Below, piece after piece: positions 36,042 to 44,353 of a stretch of 64,000 nucleotides of DNA (positions are counted from its first letter, which is position 1; every line of letters starts with the position of its first letter). A program made the position numbers and the translations under genes. The DNA comes from Dehalococcoidia bacterium (lineage in GTDB: Bacteria > Chloroflexota > Dehalococcoidia > Lucifugimonadales > UBA3495): assembly GCA_009692925.1 (NCBI GenBank), contig SHYG01000001.1:8684-72683 (forward strand). The letters run 5' to 3'. Under the pieces are notes generated by a model. It was not told the DNA's origin. It made no database searches and was given only the letters and a program-made list of their open reading frames with translations.

Positions 36042-36827
36042 ATGACCGCCGCATTCACCGAAGAGTTCATAAACGTTGGTGGCTCTAAGCTGCAACTGCT
36101 CAAAGGGGGCTCCGGCGAGCCGCTGCTGCTCCTGCACGGCGCGGGCGGCAACCCCGGCTGGATCCGCTACGTCCAGGCGCTGGCGGACCACTACACGGTG
36201 TACTTCCCTTCTCACCCGGGCTTTGGCGCATCGGAGCGACCGGACTGGCTGCAGACCATGCCGGATCTGGCGGCCTTCTACACCTGGTTCTTGGAGGACC
36301 AGGGCCTGGAGGGCGTGCGGGCCATCGGCTTCTCCATGGGCGGCTGGCTGGCCGCGGAGCTGGCCGCCACCTGCCGCCACGCCCTGAGCAAAGTCATGCT
36401 GGTGGACGCCGTGGGGATCAAGCCCAAGCAGGGGGAGATTGCCGACATCTTCATCATCACTCCCGCTCAGGTCACCCAGCTGCTGTTCCACGATCCCAAG
36501 CAGTCTCCGGAGTACGCGCAGCTCTACGTCCGCACCCTCACGCCGGAGCAGCAGGCGGTGGCGGAGCGCAACCGGGAGATGGCGGTGCGCCTGGGCTGGA
36601 AGCCCTACATGCACGATCCCCGCCTGCAGGCGCTGCTGGCACGGGTACGCATTCCCGCCTGCGTCGTCTGGGGGCGAGAGGACGCCCTGGTGCCTCTGGA
36701 GTGCGGGCAGCTCTACCACCAGGCCATCCCCGGCTCCAAGCTGGTCATCATGAACCAGTGCGGCCACCTGCCCCAGGTGGAGAAGCCCCAGGAGTTTGTG
36801 CGGGTGGCGTTGGATTTTCTGGCGTAG
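36042..36827 (+). CDS. Alpha/beta hydrolase (meta-cleavage-product hydrolase-like)
   Basis: ATG 36042 lies within track ORF 36024..36827. LLLLHGAGG, a GFSMGG nucleophile elbow, and a C-terminal CGHLPQVE. Confidence 0.85.
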   Translation: MTAAFTEEFINVGGSKLQLLKGGSGEPLLLLHGAGGNPGWIRYVQALADHYTVYFPSHPGFGASERPDWLQTMPDLAAFYTWFLEDQGLEGVRAIGFSMGGWLAAELAATCRHALSKVMLVDAVGIKPKQGEIADIFIITPAQVTQLLFHDPKQSPEYAQLYVRTLTPEQQAVAERNREMAVRLGWKPYMHDPRLQALLARVRIPACVVWGREDALVPLECGQLYHQAIPGSKLVIMNQCGHLPQVEKPQEFVRVALDFLA

Positions 36828-36866
36828 TAGAATGAGACCGATTTTCTAGCCGGAGGATATTGCACC

Positions 36867-37319
36867 ATGTACCAGAAAGCCATGCTCAGCCTGGACCAGA
36901 CCCAGAAGGCCATGCAGGCCATGATTGAGAAGTGCACCAAGGAGCCTAACCGCCCGGTGGCCATCGCCATCGTGGACGACCAGGGCGCTTTATTGTCCTA
37001 CGCCCGCATGGACGGTTGCCGCGCCAACCCCCAGGCCTTCGCCATCCGCAAGGCCTACACTGCCGCCATGTCCGGCTCCGACTCGGGGGCCTACGCCGAG
37101 CGGATGAAGAGCCAGGGCCGCAGTGTGACCGAGATGGGCAACCCCGGCCTGGTGGCGGCCCAGGGCGCGGTGGTGATCATTCACCCAGAGACCAAGGCGA
37201 TCATGGGCGCCATCGGCGTCAGCGGCCTCAGCTCCCAGGAGGACGAGGACCTGTCCCGCCTGGGGGTGCAGTCCCTGGGCCTGGCAGCGGGCAACGGCGC
37301 CCGCGCCCGCGCGCGGTAG
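36867..37319 (+). CDS. GlcG/HbpS-family haem-binding protein (DUF336)
   Basis: 150 aa with VAIAIVDDQGALLSYARMDG, IRKAYTAA and GAIGVSG. Confidence 0.8.
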   Translation: MYQKAMLSLDQTQKAMQAMIEKCTKEPNRPVAIAIVDDQGALLSYARMDGCRANPQAFAIRKAYTAAMSGSDSGAYAERMKSQGRSVTEMGNPGLVAAQGAVVIIHPETKAIMGAIGVSGLSSQEDEDLSRLGVQSLGLAAGNGARARAR

Positions 37320-37324
37320 GTCTT

Positions 37325-37408
37325 AGCGATCAGCGTTCAGCCGGTCAGCCGTCAGCTCCCCAATACCCCAGAACGGGGTGGGGAACAGACGGCTGACCGC
37401 TGATCGCT
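37325..37408. repeat. Heptad-array hairpin repeat, copy 3
   Basis: AGCGATCAGCG(TTCAGCC)GGTCAGCCGTC ... GACGGCTGACCGCTGATCGCT. The arms are complementary apart from one extra 7-nt unit on the left. Inner CCCCAATACCCC/GGGGTGGGG. Confidence 0.7.
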
Positions 37409-37428
37409 GAAGAGAAGGACGGAAGCTC

Positions 37429-38307
37429 ATGGCTAACCCCCGCGCTGAATACTCCCCCATCTTCTCGCGGCCGCCCCTGCGCCTGCCCGGCGGCGCGCGC
37501 GTGGCGGTCATGGTCGTCATCAACGTGGAGGAGTGGGACATCAACGAGGCGATGCCTCGCGCCGTGCTGCCCACGCCCCAGGGGCGCAGCGTCATCCCGG
37601 ACATCCCAAACTTTGGCTGGTTTGACTACGGCCTGCGGGTGGGCTTCTGGCGCATCAAGCGGGTGTTGGACCGACGCCAAATCCCGGCCACAGTGAGCCT
37701 CAACGCCTCGGTATGCCTCAGCTACCCGCAGATTGTGGAGGAGAGCATCAAATCGGGCTGGGAGATGATGGGCCACGGCTTCATCCAGCGGGTGCTCAAC
37801 GCGGAGCCCGACGAGCGGGAGGTCATCCGCCGCTCCATCCGCACGATCAAGGAGTTCACCGGCGTCGCCCCCCGCGGCTGGATGGGGCCCGGCCTGGCGG
37901 AGACCTTCAACACCCCCGACATCTTGGCGGAAGAGGGCATCGAGTACGTCTGCGACTGGTGCAACGACGACCAGCCCTACCCCATGAAGGTGAAGCAGGG
38001 CAGCCTGGTGTCCATCCCCTACACGCTAGAGCTGAACGACATCCCCATCTACGCCGTGCAGCACCACCGCTCGCCGGAGATGTTCGAGCGCGCCCGCGAC
38101 CAGTTCGACACCCTCTACCAGGAGGCCGCCGAGGGCGCCCGCGTGATGGCCATCTCCACCCACCCGTACATCACCGGGGCGGCGCACCGCATCAAGTACT
38201 TTGACATGATCTTCGACTACCTCCGCCAGCACGACGGAGTGGTGTTCATGACCGGCAGCCAGATTCTGGACTGGTATAAATCAGCTATGAGCAGTCAGCC
38301 TGCGTAG
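37429..38307 (+). CDS. Polysaccharide deacetylase family protein (PuuE-like)
   Basis: 292 aa with DYGLRVGFWRI, GWEMMGHG and STHPYITG. The last 8 codons (SAMSSQPA) are encoded by the left arm of the 76-nt palindrome. Confidence 0.85.
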   Translation: MANPRAEYSPIFSRPPLRLPGGARVAVMVVINVEEWDINEAMPRAVLPTPQGRSVIPDIPNFGWFDYGLRVGFWRIKRVLDRRQIPATVSLNASVCLSYPQIVEESIKSGWEMMGHGFIQRVLNAEPDEREVIRRSIRTIKEFTGVAPRGWMGPGLAETFNTPDILAEEGIEYVCDWCNDDQPYPMKVKQGSLVSIPYTLELNDIPIYAVQHHRSPEMFERARDQFDTLYQEAAEGARVMAISTHPYITGAAHRIKYFDMIFDYLRQHDGVVFMTGSQILDWYKSAMSSQPA

Positions 38308-38355
38308 GGGCGCACAGCTGTGCGCCCCTACGCAGGCTGACTGCTCATAGCTGAT
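38280..38355. repeat. Perfect 76-nt palindrome (composite of heptad-arm and family B core)
   Basis: ATCAGCTATGAGCAGTCAGCCTGCGTAGGGGCGCACAG|CTGTGCGCCCCTACGCAGGCTGACTGCTCATAGCTGAT, checked base by base. The centre lies between 38317 and 38318. Confidence 0.85.
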
Positions 38356-38371
38356 AGCTAGGAGAAGCCCC

Positions 38372-39415
38372 ATGCCCTTCGTTAAAGGCAAGATTCAGAC
38401 GCTGGCCGGCACCGGCGAGGCCGGGCACTCCGGCGACGGTGGCCCTGCGGGCCGCGCCATGCTGCGGGAGCCCTTCATGTGCGCCTTCGACGCCCGGGGC
38501 AACCTGTACATCGCCGACGCCACCAGCCACTGTGTGCGCCGGGTAGAGCAGTCCACCGGCATCATCACCACCGTGGCGGGCAGCGGGCAGTTGGGCTACT
38601 CCGGCGATGGCGGCCCGGCAACCCAAGCCACCATGAACCAGCCCTACTCGCTGCAGGTGGACCGCAACGGGGACATCTACATTGTGGACCGGCTGAACGC
38701 CGCGGTGCGCAAGGTGGCGGCGGCCACCGGCATCATCACCACCGTGGCGGGCACCGGCCAGGCGGGCTACTCCGGCGACGGCGGTCCCGGCGCTCGCGCC
38801 CAGCTCCGGGAGCCCAACGATTGCTTTTTATATAGTGGGCGGGATGGCAAAGGGGGGCTGCTCATTGCCGACATCCTAGACCAGCGGGTGCGGCGTCTGG
38901 ACCTGCGCACCGGCATCATCACCACCTTCGCCGGCAACGGGGAGAAGGCCCGCAAGGGCGACGGTCTGCCCGCGGCGCAGGCCAGCATCTTCGGCGCGCG
39001 GGCGGTGTGCATGGACCGCCAGGGCAACACCTACATCTGCGAGCGGGAGGGCAACGGCGTGCGGCTGGTGGACGCCCAGGGCATTATGTCGACTTACGCC
39101 GGCACCGGCGAGCGGGGCTACAGCGGCGACGGGGGCAGCGCCATGGCCGCCGCCTGGGGCGCGCCCAAGGCCATACGCTGCGACGCGCGCGACAACGTCA
39201 TTGTGGTGGACACGGAGAACCACGCCATTCGCCGCATTGACGCCGCCACAGGGCGGGTGACAACTATCGCGGGCGGGCACAAGGGCGGCGACGGTGATGG
39301 CGGCATTGCCACCGCCGCAGGCATGGACCGGCCCCACGGCTGCGACCTGGACGCCCAGGGGAACTTATACATCGCCGACAGCAACAACCACCGGGTGCGG
39401 GTGGTGGGGGTGTAG
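38372..39415 (+). CDS. NHL-repeat beta-propeller protein
   Basis: 347 aa with six or so repeats of GYSGDGGPA...L..P......GN(L/I)YI(A/V)D..N..VR. Confidence 0.8.
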   Translation: MPFVKGKIQTLAGTGEAGHSGDGGPAGRAMLREPFMCAFDARGNLYIADATSHCVRRVEQSTGIITTVAGSGQLGYSGDGGPATQATMNQPYSLQVDRNGDIYIVDRLNAAVRKVAAATGIITTVAGTGQAGYSGDGGPGARAQLREPNDCFLYSGRDGKGGLLIADILDQRVRRLDLRTGIITTFAGNGEKARKGDGLPAAQASIFGARAVCMDRQGNTYICEREGNGVRLVDAQGIMSTYAGTGERGYSGDGGSAMAAAWGAPKAIRCDARDNVIVVDTENHAIRRIDAATGRVTTIAGGHKGGDGDGGIATAAGMDRPHGCDLDAQGNLYIADSNNHRVRVVGV

Positions 39416-39434
39416 GGGGTAGGCCTTCTCCCCA

Positions 39435-39523
39435 TTCAGCTATCAGCTATTAGCGGTCAGCTTTCAGCTTCCCCCATCACCCCGGAGTGGGGTGTGGAGT
39501 TGACGGCTGACAAGCTGAAAGCT
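39435..39523. repeat. Heptad-array hairpin repeat, copy 4 (between convergent genes)
   Basis: TTCAGCTATCAGCTATTAGCGGTCAGCTTTCAGCTT-CCCCCATCACCCC..GGGGTGTGG..GACGGCTGACAAGCTGAAAGCT. Confidence 0.7.
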
Positions 39524-39562
39524 CGCCTAAGGGGGAGATACAGAGGGGGTCGTCTCCCTCCG

Positions 39563-41392
39563 CTACTCCTGCAGTTGGTAGACCAACATGATGGAGTTGG
39601 CCTGGCGTCGCACGGAGAACTTCCGGGCGGAGACCTCGGGAATCATGGCGTTGGCCTGGCGGACTAAGGTGTTGTCCCCCTTGGTGGAGGCATCCAGCTC
39701 CGTCTGCAGCCAACCCTGAAACACCGCTAGGAAGGCCAGTAGCTCCTGATGCATCTCCCCGTACAAGACCGGATAGGCCAGGGTATTGCCCCAGCTCGTC
39801 AGCGCCGCCGCCCGGTTAACCAGGTGGGTCTGGGCAGGCGCCCGCTGGGCAAAGGGCCCCGAGGCGGCGGCGGAGGCCAAGAAAGTTTGCCGGTCGTCGC
39901 TGATGCTCTCCGCATCCTCCAGCATGTAGTCCACCTCGGCTACGTACTGGCGCAGCTGCTCCCGCGCCGGGTCTTCCCGCTGCTCCAGCCAGTTTTTCCA
40001 GTCTCGCTCAAACTGGGTCAGCGTGATACCGGTGACGGTGGAGAAGGCGGCGGTAAAAGAGCGTTTCCGCTCCAATTCCTTCAGAATCAGACCCACTGAC
40101 TGGTCGCCGAATCCCTCGGTGAGGTAGCGCACCGCCATGTACGCCTGGGAGTACTGGCGAGTGACCAGGCCCTGGTAAGCTTGGCCGTTCCAGTCCTTCT
40201 GGCTGACCAGGCTGGACAACGGGATCAATGTCCCCGCATCCAGGCTGGCCTTGACCATATCCTCGCGATGGAAGCGGTCTTGGACAGCAGCGACACCGGC
40301 GCCAAACTCCGGGCTCAGGTTTATCTCCAGGTAGGTGGCCATTCCCTCGTTCAGCCAGGCGGGAATGTCGGCAGTCGGCGCCGCCTCATCCACCAAGAGA
40401 TGGGTCTGCTCATGCACCAGGATCTTGACCGTTTCCGAGGTGAACTCCCCCAGGGTGACGTAAACGCCCCGGAAATTGCCAGTCGGCAGGTAAATCCCCG
40501 AAGCGAAGGGGCTCACATCCGTCGCGCCGACGGCGGTGATGGCCTGGCGGAAGTGGCTGCTGGAAGCGAACAGATACACATTGGGAATCTGGGCGGAGGT
40601 AAGCAAGAGCCAGGACTCCAGCCTGTAGGTGAGGGCGGGGAGCCGGCCGCTCAAGTCCCGGGCCACGCTGGCCGGGGTTCCTGAGGACAGATAGACCTCG
40701 CTGGAGGCGCCGGAATAGCGCCGCATGGCAACGCCCAGGCCGGCGAAGGACACGGCAGGCAGTTGCAGCGGGGTGAGCGCATAGTGCCCATCGTAGCGCT
40801 TGCCGCTTTCGTTTACAGCCACCTGCACCGTCCACTGCCCCTCGGTGTCCAGCGCGTTCCAGCGGACCCAGGTGGACCGGCCGCTGCCGTCGGCGTAGAA
40901 CGTCTCTGTCTGGACTCGCTGGCCGGAGGCGTCCACTACAAAGACCTGCTCATCCTTGGTCCAGTCCACCGGGAGGTTCACCGGGTTCAAAAAGGTCACC
41001 GTAAATCGCTGCCAGGGGGCAGGCCGGATATCTGGCACCGCACTGGGAGACCCGTGGCCGGCTGGGCCGAGTCCATCACCAGGATCAGGCCGTCGCCCAG
41101 CTGAATGGTCTGGGATGACGCCGCCACCGGGACGGGGATGGTTACGATCCTAGGCGTGGCCGTGGGCCGGGGCAAGACTGGAGTTGGGCTTGGCGCCGTG
41201 GTCACCGTTGGGGATAGCGGCGCCAGGGTCGGCAGGGGCAGCGGGGTTGGGGTCGGCAGGCGCTGGAGTCGCGGCGGGCATCGCCGTCACGGTCTGGGCG
41301 ATGCTCCGGTCCACGATCCGCTGGGCTTCCTCTTCAGAAACGGCGCAGGCAGCCAGCAGCAGGACGCCGGTTATTCGTCGCAACAGGGTCAC
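39563..41392 (-). pseudogene. Lipoprotein gluzincin (HExxH...E) metallopeptidase spread over three reading frames
   Basis: Track ORF 41150..41407 carries the signal and lipobox (M)TLLRRITGVLLLAAC after AGGAG-N5-GTG at 41392. ORF 40996..41205 carries a Pro/Thr linker and QTIQLGDGLILVMDS. ORF 39563..41038 carries the catalytic body with VHEQTHLLVDE...NEGMATYLE. Two frame changes are needed. Confidence 0.6.
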
Positions 41393-41487
41393 CTCAGCTC
41401 CTAGCACAACTGCGTTCTCCCCCTTACCAACGGGTGGGTACCTGCCGAGCCTTGTATAAAGTTCTAATTCGGTAGGGAAGCATCGGG

Positions 41488-41585
41488 GACGAAAATCCCC
41501 CTCTGCCCCCCCTTTGCAAAGGGGGGGCAGAGGGGGATTTTGTCAGCCACGGTTAAAGGATTTATGCAAAGGTGGCTAACAAGCA
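41488..41585. repeat. About 100-nt element: perfect 50-nt palindrome (41492-41541) plus a conserved tail; probable bidirectional terminator
   Basis: AAAATCCCCCTCTGCCCCCCCTTTG|CAAAGGGGGGGCAGAGGGGGATTTT. The GC-rich stem ends in TTTT in both orientations. The tail GTCAGCCACGGTTAAAGGATTTATGCAAAGGT matches the tail of the copy at 62179..62272. It begins 6 nt after the M42 peptidase stop. Confidence 0.75.
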
Positions 41586-41590
41586 CCTTT

Positions 41591-42700
41591 TTACCCACCG
41601 CCGGCGCTGTCCCGCAGGCGCTGCCGGTACTCCTCCGGCATCTGGCGCAGCCGCCGGCGCACGCCCACGCTCTCCCGGTCCGGAACGCAGTGGGCCGCCG
41701 CCACCATGAGCTCAATGCCCCCCAGGAAGTCCTCCCGGTGAATGTACTCGGCCTCAATGCGGCCCTCCGGGGCGCTGTTATGGTAATTGCCCAGGGGATA
41801 GGCAATGCCGGTGGCGCGGTAGCCGTACAGGCCAAAGGCGCTGGCCTCACAGGTGCCGCCGCTCATCAACTGGCGCTGGACCTTGAACCCTGGGTGCTTG
41901 TCCTGCAAGATCTCCCTGGCCCGCAGCAGGGCGGCCTCGGCGTCGGCGTTGAAGGTGGAGGCGGCGTCGCCCACCCGGATAACCGGCCCGCCGCCCATCT
42001 CCGCGCCGGGCAGGGTGCGGCTGGCCTCCAGGGACACCACCAGCGTCTCTTTGGGCAGGGTGCCCGCCTCCGCCAGCAGGCGGGCACCCACCAGGCCAAC
42101 CTCCTCGGCGCGAGTGAACACGCCGTACACGTCCCCCGGCGGGCGCTCCAGCATCAAGGCGGCCAGGGCCACCAAAATGCTGCCGCAGCCTGCCAGGTCG
42201 TCCAGGGCGCGCATGCGGATGACCTGGCCGTCCAACTGGAAGTCCACCAGGTCAAACACCACTGGGCAGGGCAACGACACTTGGCCGGGAGTTTCCAGCC
42301 GCACCAGCACCTGGCGGTCTGCCTCCGGCCCGTGCTGCCCCACGGTGGTGGCCGCAAGCTGCTGCCCGTTTGGCAGGATCACCCGCAGGCGCACACCGGG
42401 CGAGAAGCTGGCCAGGGGCACTCCCCCCAGGGCGTGGGCCACCAGGCTGTCTCCCTGGCGCGCCACCGCCTCAAAGCCCGGATGGTCCATGTGGGCGACC
42501 AGGGCCAGGGGCGGCACACCGGGGCGCTGGCCGGGCACCCGCGCCAGGATGTTGCCAAAGTCGTCGGTGCGGAAGGCCACGCCCAGGTCCCACAGCACCG
42601 CCTTCACCGCCTGGGACACCCCCGACTCATGGAATGAGGTGGCCGGCGGCGCGCCCAGCCGGGCCAGGATGTCCAGCGCCTGATTTTCAACATTTTCCAT
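41591..42700 (-). CDS. M42-family (clan MH) metallo-aminopeptidase/endoglucanase-like protein
   Basis: 369 aa with LVAHMDHPGF, ALDDLAGC and TRAEEVGLVGA. Confidence 0.75.
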   Translation of the reverse strand: MENVENQALDILARLGAPPATSFHESGVSQAVKAVLWDLGVAFRTDDFGNILARVPGQRPGVPPLALVAHMDHPGFEAVARQGDSLVAHALGGVPLASFSPGVRLRVILPNGQQLAATTVGQHGPEADRQVLVRLETPGQVSLPCPVVFDLVDFQLDGQVIRMRALDDLAGCGSILVALAALMLERPPGDVYGVFTRAEEVGLVGARLLAEAGTLPKETLVVSLEASRTLPGAEMGGGPVIRVGDAASTFNADAEAALLRAREILQDKHPGFKVQRQLMSGGTCEASAFGLYGYRATGIAYPLGNYHNSAPEGRIEAEYIHREDFLGGIELMVAAAHCVPDRESVGVRRRLRQMPEEYRQRLRDSAGGG

Positions 42701-42759
42701 TGGCTGCCAGCCCGATCTAGAGTGCCCGGATTATACCGGAAAGGCAGAAAGTCCGCCCA

Positions 42760-43754
42760 TCATTGGGCCTCGTAGTACACATTCACCGGAATCCAGTCCA
42801 GGCGGAATTCCCGGATTGAGGTGCAGTCGACCGTAACCCGCACACGGAAGTTGGCATCACTGGACTCCGCCGACGTCCAAGTGCGCCCCCAGGTGTCGGC
42901 GGGGCCACCAAAAATAACAGTATGTTCAGAGATGGTCTCGGTCGTGTCGGTCTTGGCCGCGGTCCAGGAGGCCCCCCGTCCCAGGACAACTCCACGCTCA
43001 AGCTGTTGATTCCTGCGGGGGCCTGGATCGACCAATCCGCGCGCACCTCGATACCAAAAATGTCGCGTTCCGGAGGGAGGGTGAAGCCGTAGTTGTAGAA
43101 CCGGTGCCGGTCGCCGCAGCCGTTGGTGGTGGCGGCGTAAAGGGCGTCGTCAGCAAAGGCATAGGTTGGGTCGTTTTCAAATCCGCTGCCGTGGCCGCCT
43201 GTGTCAACCGCCTCCGCCGTGGGACTCAGGAATCCGATGTTGATGGGCGGCACACAGTTGAAGTAGGCGGAATCTGCCACTCCGTTAGGGGTAACCACTA
43301 CCACGGCGCCGTTGGAGCCGGTCTGCAGGGGCTGGCTCAGGGTGAACTGAATGGTAGCGGTCTCCTGGGAGTCCCACAGGTCGGGATTACGGACGTCTGG
43401 CACGATACCGGAGACGGTCCAGCCGGCGCCGTAGGTCAGGCGGCTGGCAAACTTGGACCCGGTAACGCCGGTGTATTCCAGCAGTACATACATCTTGGGC
43501 AGGTCAGAGATTGGCCGGGGGCCCAGGTTAGCCGTCCGGGCCCGGAATGGGGAGGTGTGAGTGTCACAGGTCCAGGAGGTGCCTCCCGAGGTCTGAATGG
43601 CAATGTATGACTCCAGATTGTCCTGCTGCCGCGCCCCGGCTTCCTGCATCTGCTGGGCCTGGTGGCCCCAGGTTTCCACCAGCGAGAAGAAGGTTAGGGT
43701 GCCCACCACCAGGATGACGGCAAATACAATGCCCCAGACAGGCGCTTCAGTCAC
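42760..43754 (-). pseudogene. N-terminally anchored secreted protein, frameshifted in a C6/G6 run (42972-42977)
   Basis: Track ORF 42783..43754 makes sense up to ..INSLSVELSWDGG, then becomes Pro/Arg junk. Track ORF 42760..43035 makes sense from ASWTAAKTDTTETISEHTVIFGGPADTWGRTWT...NFRVRVTV. A seventh G joins them as ..SWDGGASWTAAK.. Confidence 0.6.
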
Positions 43755-43833
43755 GGGGAATGGCTCCTACTGGACAAGCTGTTGGTTTGGGCCAGCGGCT
43801 CCACGCCCTTACCCCAAGCGCCGCTACGGGGAT

Positions 43834-44082
43834 CTACGGGCGCGCAGCCTGGTCGCCGGGATCCAGCGCCAGCCCGCCTAGCAATCGCTGGGGGCTAAAG
43901 GGCTGGAGCAGCTCCGGCGCCTGCCGGCCGGTCAGCCGCGGGCTGTGCGGCCAGGCCCCGCTGCCTTGCCCGGGCCCAACCAAAGCCAGCCAGACCAGGC
44001 CAAAGGCCACCAGCCCCGCCGCCAGCAGGAGGCTGAACCAGACCCTGGACTGGCGAGAAAGCGCTAGACACTGCATATCCAC
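43834..44082 (-). CDS. Possible small membrane protein upstream of the anchored secreted protein
   Basis: 82-aa ORF with one clear TM segment (VWFSLLLAAGLVAFGLVWLALV) and no other support. Confidence 0.3.
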   Translation of the reverse strand: MDMQCLALSRQSRVWFSLLLAAGLVAFGLVWLALVGPGQGSGAWPHSPRLTGRQAPELLQPFSPQRLLGGLALDPGDQAARP

Positions 44083-44353
44083 CTAGCAAGGCTGGCGTTG
44101 GCAAGACCGATATAGGACTATCCGCTGGTTTAACTGTATCCGGCGCGGTAGCTAAGTTCAAAGGCGGGCATCGGAAACCGGTGGTCGGCTGGTGTGCCTT
44201 TGGATTGCCCCAGGCCCAAGCAGCCAAATACCCACGGTGGCCCCCATCAACCGGCGGTGCTATACTGCCAGGGAACCGTTTACGGAGATACGATATTCGT
44301 AATTGGCCTGGGCGGGACGCGACGCCCAAGGCCGGGAGTTTAGGAGGTTTGCC

